A stretch of DNA of 64,000 nt from contig CAWCDA010000012.1 in NCBI GenBank assembly GCA_963794065.1, positions 3,032 through 67,031 on the forward strand. The letters are read 5' to 3'. This stretch comes from an uncultured Actinomycetes bacterium. GTDB lineage: Bacteria > Actinomycetota > UBA4738 > HRBIN12. A program made the translations under genes and the position numbers. Under the pieces are notes generated by a model that was not told the origin of the DNA, ran no database searches, and worked only from the letters and a program-made list of their open reading frames with translations. Shown one piece after another: positions 48,947-59,701 of this stretch (within the stretch, counting starts at the first letter, position 1; each line of letters begins with the position of its first letter).

Positions 48947-50110
48947 ATGAGCCGGGTCGGGGTCGCAGCGCCGTTCGTGGCGCTCGCGGTCCTGACCGCC
49001 TGTACTGCGGCGTCGACGAACGTCGAGGCCACGTCGGTCCCGCCGAGTCCAGGTGGCCCGGGCGTCCCGGAGCTGCGGCTCCGACGGGTCGCGACGCTCG
49101 AGGAGCCGGTTGCCCTCGCCGTCCGGCCCGACGATCCCGCTCTCTACATCGCCGAGAAGGGCGGTCGCGTCATAGCGATCCGCAACGGCGAGGTGGATCC
49201 GACCCCGGTCCTGGACGTGTCGAGCGAGGTTTCGCTCGGGGGCGAGCAGGGCCTGCTCGGGCTCACGTTCTCCCCGGACGGCGCCACGATGTACGTGAAC
49301 TCCACCGACGTGAACGGTGATACGCGCATCGTGGCGTATGGGATGACCGGCGATCGCGCGGATCCGGCCTCCGCGCGTGCGATCCTCTCTGTCGACCAGC
49401 CCTACACCAACCACAACGGCGGCAACCTCGTGTTCGGACCGGACGGCTACCTCTACATCGGCCTCGGCGACGGCGGCAGCGGCGGCGACCCACAGGGCAA
49501 CGCGCAGTCGCTCGGCACCCTGCTCGGCAAGATGCTCCGCATCGACCCGGAGCCCGCCGACGATGCTCCTTACATCGTCCCCGCCGACAACCCCTTCGTG
49601 GACACGCCCGGTGCTCGGCCCGAGATCTGGGCCTATGGTCTCCGCAACCCCTGGCGCTACTCGTTCGATCGGAAGACCGGCGACCTGTGGATCGGGGACG
49701 TGGGGCAATCGGCGTGGGAGGAGGTCGACCGACAGCCGGCGTCTTCGGGCGGCGGTGAGAACTACGGCTGGAACGTGCGGGAGGGGTCGCATCCCTATCT
49801 GGCGGGGGGTTCGGCGCCCGGCGCCGTCGATCCCGTGTACGACTACCCGCACAGCGGGGGTGGGTGCGTGGTGACCGGTGGCTACGTCTACCGGGGCGAG
49901 GCGATCCCGGCGCTCGTGGGGACCTATCTGTTCGCGGACTTCTGCCTCGGAGCGCTCGAAGGGCTTCGGGTCGAGGGCGATCGGATCGTCCATGAGGAGC
50001 TCGGTCCGACGGTGGACGCCGTGAGCTCCTTCGGCCAGGACGCCGAAGGAGAGCTGTATGTGCTCTCTCTGGCGGGAGGGGTCTACCGACTGGAACCCGC
50101 GGCAGGGTGA
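48947..50110 (+). CDS. PQQ-dependent aldose sugar dehydrogenase (GSDH family) lipoprotein
   Basis: LTAC lipobox, EQGLLGL, NHNGG, GDGG, GLRNPWR, GDVGQ..WEE. Confidence 0.92.
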   Translation: MSRVGVAAPFVALAVLTACTAASTNVEATSVPPSPGGPGVPELRLRRVATLEEPVALAVRPDDPALYIAEKGGRVIAIRNGEVDPTPVLDVSSEVSLGGEQGLLGLTFSPDGATMYVNSTDVNGDTRIVAYGMTGDRADPASARAILSVDQPYTNHNGGNLVFGPDGYLYIGLGDGGSGGDPQGNAQSLGTLLGKMLRIDPEPADDAPYIVPADNPFVDTPGARPEIWAYGLRNPWRYSFDRKTGDLWIGDVGQSAWEEVDRQPASSGGGENYGWNVREGSHPYLAGGSAPGAVDPVYDYPHSGGGCVVTGGYVYRGEAIPALVGTYLFADFCLGALEGLRVEGDRIVHEELGPTVDAVSSFGQDAEGELYVLSLAGGVYRLEPAAG

Positions 50111-50829
50111 CGCTCCGACGTCGACCCTGGTTCCCAGGCCGCACTGTCGACGATCGCCCGTTGCACCGGCGCCGCGACGCGCGCCGCCGGCACGGACGGG
50201 TCGCGATCGAGGAGGGACCGTAGCGCCGGTGTCTTCGACGCGCCGGTCGCGACCCACAGGATCTGATGCGCCCGATCGAGCACGGGAAACGTCATGGTCA
50301 TGCGCCGCCGGCCCTGGTACGCGCCCGTGATCGCCACGTCGCGGTCCCGCACGCCGAGCGCCGCGTCTCCGGGTACCAGCGATGCCGTGTGACCGTCGGA
50401 TCCGAGACCCAGGTGGATCAGGTCGAACCGCTCGGGCAGATCGGCCGCGTACCCCGCGGCGGCCTCCGCCAAGGCCGCGTCGTCGGCGGGATCGATCCCG
50501 TCGACCGGCATCGGCCGGATGCGGGAGCGACCCGGCTCGGGCAGCGCGGCGATCAGGTGGGCCAGGCCACGAGCGTCGTCATCGAGCGGCACGATCCGTT
50601 CGTCCACTTGCCAGATGCCGAGGGCCTCCCAAGGGATGTCCTCGTCGGCGAGGGCGGCGAACATCGCCCAGGGTGTCGTGCCGCCCGACACGGCGATCGA
50701 GCAGGACCCACGCGCGTTGGCGCCGGCGCGGCACGCGGCCGCCAGACGCGACGCACCGCGGCGCGCGACCTGCTCGGGATCGGCCTGGACGTCGAGTGAG
50801 ATGCGAACCGAGGCGGGATCGGGGCTCAC
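50083..50829 (-). CDS. pgl: 6-phosphogluconolactonase
   Basis: SGGTTP, VDER, LGLGSDGHTASL, RMTMT. Confidence 0.9.
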   Translation of the reverse strand: MSPDPASVRISLDVQADPEQVARRGASRLAAACRAGANARGSCSIAVSGGTTPWAMFAALADEDIPWEALGIWQVDERIVPLDDDARGLAHLIAALPEPGRSRIRPMPVDGIDPADDAALAEAAAGYAADLPERFDLIHLGLGSDGHTASLVPGDAALGVRDRDVAITGAYQGRRRMTMTFPVLDRAHQILWVATGASKTPALRSLLDRDPSVPAARVAAPVQRAIVDSAAWEPGSTSERHPAAGSSR

Positions 50830-51860
50830 GAGCGCTGCTCTGCGTGCCCGCCGAACTCCTTGCGCATCGCCGAGAGCACGCGGTTGGCGAACTCGGCCTC
50901 GCCGCGCGACTCGAACCGGGCGAACAACGCCGCGGACAGCGCGGGTGCCGGCACGCCCTCCTCGATCGCGGCGATCGCGGTCCATCGGCCCTCGCCGGAG
51001 TCGCTCACCCGACCGGCGAAACCGTCGAGCTGCGGCGATTCGTGCAGGGCGGCGGCGGCAAGGTCGAGCAACCACGACGACACGACGCTCCCGCGCCGCC
51101 ACACCTCGGCGACCTCCGCGACGTCGATCGAGAATCGATACCGCTCCGGATGCTCGAGCGGGGTGGTCTCCGCGTTGCGCGCACGCTCGTGCATACCCGC
51201 ATCGGCGTGCCGGAGCACGTTCAGCCCCTCCGCCAACGCCGCCATCAGCCCGTATTCGATCCCGTTGTGCACCATCTTGACGAAGTGCCCGGATCCGACG
51301 GGCCCGCAGTGCAGGTAGCCCATCTCCGCGGGCGCGGGCGACCCCGTGCGTCCCCGTGTTCGCGTCGCCGTCTCCAGGCCGGGCGCGAGCGAGACGAACA
51401 ACGGTTCCAGGCTGGCGAAGACGTCGTCCTCGGCGCCGACCATGAGACAGAAGCCGCGCTCGAGCCCGAACACGCCGCCGGAGACGCCGACGTCGACGTA
51501 GTGGATGCCGAGCGGGGTGAGTTGAGCACTGCGCGCGAGATCATCCACGTAGTGCGTGTTGCCCCCGTCGATGATCGTGTCGCCCGGCTCGACCAGGCCG
51601 GCGAGCTCCGCGATCGCGCGCTCCGTGATCTCGCCGGCCGGCAGCATCAGCCACACGGCGCGAGGGGCGGGCAAGGCCGCGACGAGGGCCGCGAGCGAGT
51701 CGACCCCGGTGGCGCCCTCGTGGCGCAGGGCTTCCACGGCGGTGGGATCGAGGTCGTACGCCACGCAGGGGTGGCCGTCGCGCGTCAGGCGGCGGACCAG
51801 GTTCGAACCCATCCGGCCGAGCCCCACCATCCCGAGATGCGTTGGTCGATCGGTCGTCAC
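50826..51860 (-). CDS. gnd: Decarboxylating 6-phosphogluconate dehydrogenase (short type)
   Basis: GLGRMG, DGGN, SGG, FVKMVHNGIEY, DSGEGRW, FGGH. Confidence 0.95.
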   Translation of the reverse strand: MTTDRPTHLGMVGLGRMGSNLVRRLTRDGHPCVAYDLDPTAVEALRHEGATGVDSLAALVAALPAPRAVWLMLPAGEITERAIAELAGLVEPGDTIIDGGNTHYVDDLARSAQLTPLGIHYVDVGVSGGVFGLERGFCLMVGAEDDVFASLEPLFVSLAPGLETATRTRGRTGSPAPAEMGYLHCGPVGSGHFVKMVHNGIEYGLMAALAEGLNVLRHADAGMHERARNAETTPLEHPERYRFSIDVAEVAEVWRRGSVVSSWLLDLAAAALHESPQLDGFAGRVSDSGEGRWTAIAAIEEGVPAPALSAALFARFESRGEAEFANRVLSAMRKEFGGHAEQRS

Positions 51861-51918
51861 GGCCAGCTCCTTCTCTCCGAGGCACCATGCTAGGCGAACG
51901 AGGCCGTAGCCTGATGGG

Positions 51919-53352
51919 ATGCGCGACCAGGGGACATCGAAGCGAGACAACGGGCGATCGGATGCCCTCGTGCTGTTCGGCATCACCGGGGACCTGGCCT
52001 ATCAGAAGGTCATCCCCGCGCTCCAGGCGATGGTCCGCGCCAAAGACCTCGATGTGCCGGTGGTCGGCGTTGCTCGCTCGGGCTGGAGCCGCGAACGGCT
52101 CCTCGAGCGGATGCGCGCCAGCCTCGACGATCACGGCGGGGTGGACGACGCCGCGTTCGCAAAGCTGACGTCGTTGTTCGAGTACGTGGATGGCGACTAC
52201 ACCGACCCCGCCACGTTCGCGCGTCTCCGTGATGCGTTGGGCGGCGCGAAGCGGCCGCTGCACTACCTCGCCATCCCGCCGGCGCTGTTCGAGGAAGTGA
52301 TCGAGCACATCGAGGGTGCGGGGTGCGCGGAGAACGCGCGCGTCGTGATCGAGAAGCCCTTCGGTCGGGACCTCGCGTCCGCGCACGCCCTCAACGCCGT
52401 GCTCCGGCGCGTCTTCCCCGAGGACGCGATCTTCCGGATCGATCACTTCCTGGGGAAGGAGCCGGTACAGAACCTCGCGTACTTCCGGTTCGCGAACTCG
52501 TTCCTCGAGCCGATCTGGAACCGGAACTACGTGGACAGCGTGCAGATCACGATGGCCGAGAAGTTCGGCGTGCGTCAGCGCGGCGCGTTCTACGAGCAGG
52601 TGGGCGCGATCCGCGACGTGGTGCAGAACCACCTCCTGCAGGTACTGGCGCTGGTGGCGATGGAGCCGCCGAGCGGCTTCGACCGCGACGTGTTCCTGAC
52701 TGAACGCATCCGGCTCCTGCAGGCGATCCGGCCGCTTGAGCCAAGCGAGGTGATCCGCGGCCAGTTCGAGGGGTATCGCGGCCTGCCGGGCGTGGATCCG
52801 CACTCGACGGTCGAGACCTATATCGCGCTGCGGCTGTCGATCGAAACGTGGCGGTGGGCGGGCGTGCCGTTCTACATCCGGGCGGGCAAGCGGATGGCGG
52901 TCACCGCCACCGAGGTGCTCGTGGAGCTGAAGCGGCCGCCGCGCGACGTGTTCGGGGAGGACGCCACGCATCCCAACCACGTCGTCTTCCGTCTGGGGCC
53001 CGACGTCGACATTTCGCTCGGGGCACGCACGAAGCTCTCCGGCGATCGGATGGTCGGTCAGGATGTGGAGCTTGTCGCCGATCACCACATCGCCGAGGAG
53101 GCGTCCCCGTACCAGCGGCTCTTGACCGACGCGATGGAGGGGGACGCGGAGCTTTTCTCCAGGCAGGACGTCGTGGAGCGATCCTGGGAGATCGTCGACC
53201 CGATCCTCGGTGACGCGACGCCCGTGCATCCGTATACGAGCGGTTCATGGGGGCCTCGAGAGGCCGACCGGCTCATCGACGGCGACGGCGGTTGGCACAA
53301 CCCGGATCCGCGTGGGCCGATCCGTGGGCGCCACGCCGGCGACGTCGCGTAG
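51919..53352 (+). CDS. zwf: Glucose-6-phosphate dehydrogenase
   Basis: [29 protein letters not shown]. Confidence 0.96.
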   Translation: MRDQGTSKRDNGRSDALVLFGITGDLAYQKVIPALQAMVRAKDLDVPVVGVARSGWSRERLLERMRASLDDHGGVDDAAFAKLTSLFEYVDGDYTDPATFARLRDALGGAKRPLHYLAIPPALFEEVIEHIEGAGCAENARVVIEKPFGRDLASAHALNAVLRRVFPEDAIFRIDHFLGKEPVQNLAYFRFANSFLEPIWNRNYVDSVQITMAEKFGVRQRGAFYEQVGAIRDVVQNHLLQVLALVAMEPPSGFDRDVFLTERIRLLQAIRPLEPSEVIRGQFEGYRGLPGVDPHSTVETYIALRLSIETWRWAGVPFYIRAGKRMAVTATEVLVELKRPPRDVFGEDATHPNHVVFRLGPDVDISLGARTKLSGDRMVGQDVELVADHHIAEEASPYQRLLTDAMEGDAELFSRQDVVERSWEIVDPILGDATPVHPYTSGSWGPREADRLIDGDGGWHNPDPRGPIRGRHAGDVA

Positions 53353-53371
53353 TCGTCAGATGGGAGGGACC

Positions 53372-54328
53372 GTGCACCTCGGATTGCAGCTGCCGAGCTT
53401 CACATTCGCCGATGTCCCCGACGATCGGCTCTTCGAGCGGATCGCCGAGATCGCAACCGCGGCCGAGGCCGCCTCCTTCGATTCCTTCTGGGTGATGGAC
53501 CACTACCACCAGATCGCCAACATCGGCCCGGACACCGACCCCATGCTCGAGGCCTACACGCTGCTGGGCGCCGTCGCCGCGCGCACGGCCCGGATCCAGC
53601 TCGGCGCGATGGTCACCGGGGTGACCTACCGCAACCCGGCGTTCCTCGCGAAGGTCGTGACGACACTGGACGTCGTGTCGTCGGGTCGGGCGATCCTCGG
53701 GATCGGCGCGGCGTGGAACGAGGAGGAGTCGCGCGCCTACGGCTACACGTGGCCGCCGGCCGCCGAGCGGTTCGAACGGTTGGAGGATGCGCTTCGGATC
53801 TGCCGGTCGATGTTCACGCAGCCCGCTTCAACACTGCAAGGCTCGGTCCATCACGTCGAGGGCGCGATGAACGTGCCGCAGCCGATCCGGCGGGGCGGCC
53901 CGCCGATCCTGGTCGGCGGGGGTGGCGAGCGCAAGACGCTCCGGCTGACCGCGACCTACGCGGACATGTGGAACGGGTTCGGGGATGTCGCGACGATCCG
54001 TCACAAGCTCGACGTGCTCGAGGAGCATTGCGCGGCGGTCGGTCGCGATCGATCCGAGATCGTGGCGACCCGTCTCGGCACGCTGATCGTCGGGGAGACC
54101 GCCGAGGACGCGGATCGTCGGCGCCGGGCCTGGCAGGAGGCACGTGGCGTCGACGACGCCGGGCTCGCCATGCGTCTGATATGGGGCGATCGTGCGAGCG
54201 TCGCCGAGCAGGGGCAGACTTTCCTTGACGCGGGCCTGCAGGGTCTCATCTTCAACATGCCCGCGGGCGCCACGGCCGAGGACGTGCTTCGCGCCGGCGA
54301 GGCCCTGGCGTTGCTGCGGACGGGTTGA
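53372..54328 (+). CDS. LLM-class, probably F420-dependent oxidoreductase
   Basis: WVMDH, VTYRNP, GRAILGIGAAW, GGGGERKTL. Confidence 0.88.
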   Translation: MHLGLQLPSFTFADVPDDRLFERIAEIATAAEAASFDSFWVMDHYHQIANIGPDTDPMLEAYTLLGAVAARTARIQLGAMVTGVTYRNPAFLAKVVTTLDVVSSGRAILGIGAAWNEEESRAYGYTWPPAAERFERLEDALRICRSMFTQPASTLQGSVHHVEGAMNVPQPIRRGGPPILVGGGGERKTLRLTATYADMWNGFGDVATIRHKLDVLEEHCAAVGRDRSEIVATRLGTLIVGETAEDADRRRRAWQEARGVDDAGLAMRLIWGDRASVAEQGQTFLDAGLQGLIFNMPAGATAEDVLRAGEALALLRTG

Positions 54329-54420
54329 CGTTCCGACATTGACCGGTTGCCGCGCCGCGGCCTACGATCGGGCAACCCTCGCGGGCGACCTTCTCGCCCG
54401 CCCGGCCCCCGGGAGGTTCG

Positions 54421-56358
54421 GTGCAACCCAGGCGACGGTTCCGTCGCGCGACGGTGCTGGCGCTGCTGTTGCCGCTCGCGTACGTGGTGCTCCCGAACCT
54501 GCAGCCGTCGGTGGCCGCGCCGGCTGGCTCGGCGTTCATCCGCGTCAACCAGGTGGGCTATCCGGACTCGGCCTCGAAACGCGCCTACCTCATGTCGACC
54601 GACGTCGAGACGGGCGCGACCTTCACCCTCCGCGCCGGCGGCTCCGTCGTCTTCACGGGCAGCGTCGGGGCGGATCTCGGCAAGTGGAGCAAGACCTACA
54701 CGCACGTCTACCCCTTGGACTTCGATGCCTTCTCGACTGCGGGCAGCTACACGATCGAGGTGGCGGGCCCGCTCCCTGCCTCCTCGCCTGCCTTCCGGAT
54801 CGCCACCGGCACGGACCTCTACGCGGACCCGCTGACCAACGCATTGAGCTTCTACGGCAACGAGCGTGACGGCGCGAACTACATCCCGTCGGCGTTGCGC
54901 ACCGCGCCCGCCCATCTGAACGACAAGACCGCGGAGACCTACCTCACCCCCCACGCGAACTCGAGCGGCCGCTTCAAGGGCGACCTGTCGCCCTTGGGGG
55001 AGACGATCGACGCGTCCGGCGGGTGGTGGGACGCCGGCGACTACATCAAGTTCGTCCAGACGACGAGCTACACGGTCGACATGCTTCTTGCCGGCGTCCG
55101 CGACTTCCCTGCGCAGATGGGTGCGGGATCGTCGACCTCGGACTTCACCGCGGAGTCAAGGTTCGGCGTGCAGTTCCTCCTGCGCCTATGGAACGACAAG
55201 ACCTCCACGCTCTACTACCAAGTGGGGATCGGCTCCGGGAACGCGAACATCACCGGCGACCACGACATCTGGCGGCTTCCACAAGACGACGACGCGTTCG
55301 GCGGCACCGACCCGCAGTACCGGTACATCCGCAACCGCCCGGTCTTCCGCGCGGCGCCGGCCGGCGCGCCGATCAGCCCGAACCTCGCCGGACGCCTGGC
55401 TGCTGCGTTCGCGGAATGCTCACAGGTCTTCCGCGCAACCAACACGAAGCTCGCGAACCGATGCCTGCTCGCGGGGGCGCACATCTACGACCTGGCCGAC
55501 ACCGCACCGTCGGGCGACCTGCTCACCGTGATCCCGTTCAGCTTCTATCCCGAGGACGAGTGGCTGAGCGACATGGAGCTCGGCGCCACCGAGCTCGCGA
55601 TAGCGACCACCGCGGCAGGTCTGCCCGCGGGCGTGCCGCACGCGTCGTCGTTCTATCTCAGCGACGCCGCGCACTGGGCCTCGCAGTACATGCAGAGCCC
55701 GTTCGACGCCGGCGACACGCTCAACCTCTACGACGTCTCCGGGTTCGCGCACTTCGATCTGTATCGCGCGATCGAGGCGGCGGGCGACCCAACCGGTCTC
55801 GAGACGACCCGAGCGGCGCTCCTCGCCGACATGGCCAAGGCGCTGGACGGCGCGTTGGCGCAGGCCGCGACCGACCCGTTCGAGTTCGGCTTCCCCTGGG
55901 CGACGTGGGACACGACCTCCCATGGCGCCGGGCTGTCGGTGATGGCAAGTGAGTACGACCAGCTCAGCGGCACCGATCGCTACGCGGACTGGAGCGTGCG
56001 CTGGCTCGGCAACATCCTGGGCGCCAACGCGTGGGGCACATCGCTCATCGTCGGTGACGGGTTCGTCTTCCCGCACTGCATGCAACACCAGGTGACGAAC
56101 CTGGTGGGCTCGCTCGACGGCACGCCGCCGATCCTCGCTGGCGCGGCGGTGGAGGGGCCCAACGGCACGCTCTATCAAGGGTCGCTCACGAACATGGTGC
56201 CGTGTCCGCCCAACGGGGTCGACACGTTCGCCGCGTTCAATGGGGGTGGCGCCAAGTTCCGAGACAACGTCGAGTCGTTCTCCACCGTGGAGCCGGCGAT
56301 CGACCTCACGGCCAGCTCGCCGCTCGCGTTCGCGAGACAGATGGCTGGTCTCCGCTAG
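54421..56358 (+). CDS. Secreted glycoside hydrolase family 9 with N-terminal Ig-like domain
   Basis: RVNQVGY, GGWWDAGDY, TVEPAID. Confidence 0.9.
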   Translation: MQPRRRFRRATVLALLLPLAYVVLPNLQPSVAAPAGSAFIRVNQVGYPDSASKRAYLMSTDVETGATFTLRAGGSVVFTGSVGADLGKWSKTYTHVYPLDFDAFSTAGSYTIEVAGPLPASSPAFRIATGTDLYADPLTNALSFYGNERDGANYIPSALRTAPAHLNDKTAETYLTPHANSSGRFKGDLSPLGETIDASGGWWDAGDYIKFVQTTSYTVDMLLAGVRDFPAQMGAGSSTSDFTAESRFGVQFLLRLWNDKTSTLYYQVGIGSGNANITGDHDIWRLPQDDDAFGGTDPQYRYIRNRPVFRAAPAGAPISPNLAGRLAAAFAECSQVFRATNTKLANRCLLAGAHIYDLADTAPSGDLLTVIPFSFYPEDEWLSDMELGATELAIATTAAGLPAGVPHASSFYLSDAAHWASQYMQSPFDAGDTLNLYDVSGFAHFDLYRAIEAAGDPTGLETTRAALLADMAKALDGALAQAATDPFEFGFPWATWDTTSHGAGLSVMASEYDQLSGTDRYADWSVRWLGNILGANAWGTSLIVGDGFVFPHCMQHQVTNLVGSLDGTPPILAGAAVEGPNGTLYQGSLTNMVPCPPNGVDTFAAFNGGGAKFRDNVESFSTVEPAIDLTASSPLAFARQMAGLR

Positions 56359-56369
56359 AGGGAGGACAC

Positions 56370-57206
56370 ATGCACGGGAAACGGACACGCCGGGCGACGA
56401 TCGGCGCATCGATCGCGCTGCTCGTCGCATCGTTCGGCTGGGCACAACCGGTGGTGGCCGCCGGCGCCTCGGGTCCCGTGCCGCTCGTGGCGCCGGTGGT
56501 GGTCGTCACGATCGGCTTCGATGACGGCACCGTGGATCAGTTCGGCGCGTTGCAGGCGCTGAACGACCACCACATGCACGCCACGTTCTTCATCAACAGC
56601 GGCTTCATCGGCGACTCCGATCACTTGAGCGTGGAGCAGCTGGGCGCGCTCGCCGCGGCGGGGAATGAGATCGGCGGGCACACGGTCGATCACGCGAACA
56701 TCCAGCCGTTGTCGAGCGCCGAGGCCACCGCCGAGGTGTGCAACGACCGTGCCACGCTCATGGGCTGGGGCTCCACCTGGAACTTCACGGTGACGTCCTT
56801 CGCCTACCCGTTCGGGTCCTACGACGCGAACAGCGAGGCGATCGTGGCCGGGTGCGGGTACGACAGCGCCCGCACCGTCTCGGGGGTTTCGATCCATGTC
56901 GGCAAGAACAAGATCGGCGAGACGCTGCCGCCGGCCGATCCCTACGCGACCCGCACGCCGCCAAACCCGAAGAAGGCCACGAAGCTCTCGACCATGGAGC
57001 AGTACGTGCTGAACGCCGAGGCCGGCGTCCAGGCATCGGAACACAGCCTCTGGATCCAGTTCGTGTTCCACCGGTATTGCGACGCGCACTGCGGCGCCTA
57101 CACGGTGCAGCCGGCGAAGTTCACGGCGTTGTTGGATTTCTTGGCCGCCGAGCGGCTCGCGAACCGGGTGAGCGTGCTGACGACGGCCGAGGCGATGGCG
57201 GGATGA
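56370..57206 (+). CDS. Secreted polysaccharide deacetylase (CE4)
   Basis: GFDDG, EIGGHTVDH, FAYPFG, VFH. Confidence 0.9.
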   Translation: MHGKRTRRATIGASIALLVASFGWAQPVVAAGASGPVPLVAPVVVVTIGFDDGTVDQFGALQALNDHHMHATFFINSGFIGDSDHLSVEQLGALAAAGNEIGGHTVDHANIQPLSSAEATAEVCNDRATLMGWGSTWNFTVTSFAYPFGSYDANSEAIVAGCGYDSARTVSGVSIHVGKNKIGETLPPADPYATRTPPNPKKATKLSTMEQYVLNAEAGVQASEHSLWIQFVFHRYCDAHCGAYTVQPAKFTALLDFLAAERLANRVSVLTTAEAMAG

Positions 57207-57236
57207 GTCGACGCCGCTCGACGTAGCCTGCGTGGC

Positions 57237-58034
57237 GTGAGCCACGACCAGGCATCCGTTAACTTCGACCGGGCGGCCGGCTTCTACGACGCGACGCGCG
57301 ATGTCGGCGCGACCGCGACCGGGCGCACGCTGGACATCGTCGCGGCGGGGGTCGGTGGGCGCGGGCGGGTCCTGGAGATCGGCGTCGGCACCGGCGCGCT
57401 CGCGATCCCGCTCGTCGGGCGGGGGATCGATGTCGTCGGGATCGACCTGTCCAGCGCCATGCTCGCGAAGCTCGTTGAGAAGGCCGGGACCCAAGGCTCA
57501 CCACGCGTGCTCCGGGCGGACGCCACCCGCCTCCCGTTTCCAGATGGTGCCTTCGGCGCGGCGTACGGACGCCACGTGCTGCATCTCATGGCCGACTGGC
57601 GAACCGCCGTCGCGGAGCTGTGCCGCGTCGTCGGCCGGGGCGTCATCCTGATCGACGCCGGTGGAGGCGCGGATCGGTGGTTCGACCTGTGGCTCGAGAT
57701 GCGCACCGTTCTCGGTCCGGAGGCCGATCACGTGGGCCTCGACATGGGGCGTGAGGGAGACGAGACGCTGGACGCCGCGTTCCTTGCCGCCGGCGCGGCG
57801 CAGGGGCCGGTCTCCACGTTCACCTACCCGGAGCTCGAGACCGTGGCCGACGTCCTCGAAGAGATCGCCCGCCGAAGCCCTTCGTGGACCTGGCGAGTGC
57901 CCGACGATCAGCTGCGGCGGGCGATCGAGGTGGCCAGGGCATGGACCCTCGAGCGCTACGGCACGCTCGATCTCCCTCTCGAAGAGGAGTCGTCCGTGCG
58001 CTGGCGTACCTATCTGGTCGGCGGGTCCGGTTAG
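57237..58034 (+). CDS. Class I SAM-dependent methyltransferase
   Basis: VLEIGVGTG, GIDLS, DATRLPF. Confidence 0.92.
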   Translation: MSHDQASVNFDRAAGFYDATRDVGATATGRTLDIVAAGVGGRGRVLEIGVGTGALAIPLVGRGIDVVGIDLSSAMLAKLVEKAGTQGSPRVLRADATRLPFPDGAFGAAYGRHVLHLMADWRTAVAELCRVVGRGVILIDAGGGADRWFDLWLEMRTVLGPEADHVGLDMGREGDETLDAAFLAAGAAQGPVSTFTYPELETVADVLEEIARRSPSWTWRVPDDQLRRAIEVARAWTLERYGTLDLPLEEESSVRWRTYLVGGSG

Positions 58035-58976
58035 GGCCCGGCGGGCGGTGGCGACAGCGTCGACACGACGGAGCTCACGCCCTCGAGCCCGTGGCCGCAG
58101 CCGGTGTTGGTGGCGCCATGCGGCGTGTCGAGGCAGAGTCCGCCCGAACCGAGCTGGGATCCGTCGGCCGCCAGGGCCACGATGCGCCCGCTGTCGCCTG
58201 CATGGACGAAGACCTCGAAGTACCGCGCGCCGACGCCGGCGGGGGCGTCGTAGAGGGGCAGCGTCGTGGTGTCCCCGCCCGCGAGCCGGAGTTCCACGGT
58301 CGCGACCCGGCTGTCGACGAGGCCGGCGTACCCGATGATCGGGTCTGCCTGTCGATCCAGGTTGTTGCCGAATCCGGCCATCGCGAACGCCGCGTCGGCC
58401 CCGGTCTCGCCCGTGTGCAGGCAGAACGCCATGCCTCCGTACTCGCCTTGATCGCCGACCATCAGGTCACCGCACGCCCCACCGAGGAACCGTGGGAAGG
58501 CGTCGCCGCGCGTATGCGCGGGTGTCGTAGGCGGCGAGGCTCCACTCCACGCCGTTCACGTGTCCGATCGCCACCGGGTTCTTCTGGGTGGTGAGGTACA
58601 CCTCCTGGCCATCGACCTGCTCGGTGTAGGGCACGGTGCTGTTCGTGTCGTGGGCCGTGGTGTCGCCGTTCGTGATCCAGAGGCTCGTGGGCGCCGCGGC
58701 CGCGTCGTTGGCGCCGCCGGCGCTGCTCTGGGGTCGGGGCAGGAAGCCGGACGGTGGCGGGACGGTCTCCTGCGAGCCTGCCTGCGAGGCGCGTGGGGAA
58801 GCGGACAGGACACCGACCGCGCCGACCACCACGAGCGCGGCGGCCGCGACGGTCCCGACGGAGATGAACACCTGGCGACCCCGCACGCGCGCGACCGTGC
58901 CCTTGGGCATCGGCTGGTGGAACACCTGCCCATGGCGCTGCAGAGCCTCCGCGATCCGTTCCTCCAACGTGTTCAT
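58031..58976 (-). CDS. Membrane-anchored putative anti-sigma protein; apparent frameshift near 58510
   Basis: LEERIAEAL..V.GR plus TM; ORFs 58467-58976 and 58031-58462 join; ATGA-coupled to the ECF gene. Confidence 0.65.
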
Positions 58977-59468
58977 CCCTCGCTCCTTCCGATGCCATCT
59001 CGAAGTGATGCCCGTGCTCGTGACAACAGGGCGTTCACCGCCCTAGGAGAACACCGCAGCACCTGACCGATCTCTCCCTCGGACAGGTCGTCCCAATACC
59101 GCAGGACGATCGCGGCTCGCTGCCGGTACGGCAGCGCCTCGATGAAGCTCCACACCTCGTCTCGATCCTCGGCCCCCGTGTCGGGCTCCACCGCGTCCGA
59201 TCGGGGCTGGCTGCGCAGCAGGACGCGCTCGCGGTCGAGGCGGCGCGCCCGCGCCCGGCACATGTTCACGACGGTCGTCCGGAGATACGGGACCGAAGGC
59301 GCCGGGGTCGCGGAGATCCCGGAACCGGCCCGCGACCCGGAGGAAGGCATCGTGCGCGATGTCCTCGGCGATCGCTCGGTCGCCCGTGAGCAACGTTGCG
59401 AGCGCCACCGCCCGTCCCACGTGCGTTTCGTAGAGGCCGGCGAGGCTGGACGCGGGCATCGACGTCAT
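58973..59468 (-). CDS. SigE-type ECF sigma factor; apparent frameshift near 59290
   Basis: LLTGDRAIAEDIAHDAF then YLRTTVVN..LPYRQRAAIVLRYWDDLSE. Confidence 0.85.
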
Positions 59469-59701
59469 GCCCTCAAGCGCGCCCGCGCCATCCACGCTCA
59501 TCGTCGGATCCGTCCCATACCCATCTCTACGACTCAGATGCCTGGCGCGGGGTGTTCGCTTCGCTGGTTCGGCGCATCGCTCCACACCTCGGTGGATGCG
59601 CGACGAACCGACCGCCGGTGCCGTCCGTATTCCATCCATCGTTCGTCGCTCGGATCCGGAGCCGGGCGCGGTGGGCAACGCTCGATGATGGGAGGGGAAA
59701 G

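Noticed and set aside
53372-54328. F420-dependent glucose-6-phosphate dehydrogenase (fgd) because it follows zwf
   Set aside because: Motifs fit a generic LLM oxidoreductase (WVMDH, VTYRNP), not recognisably Fgd
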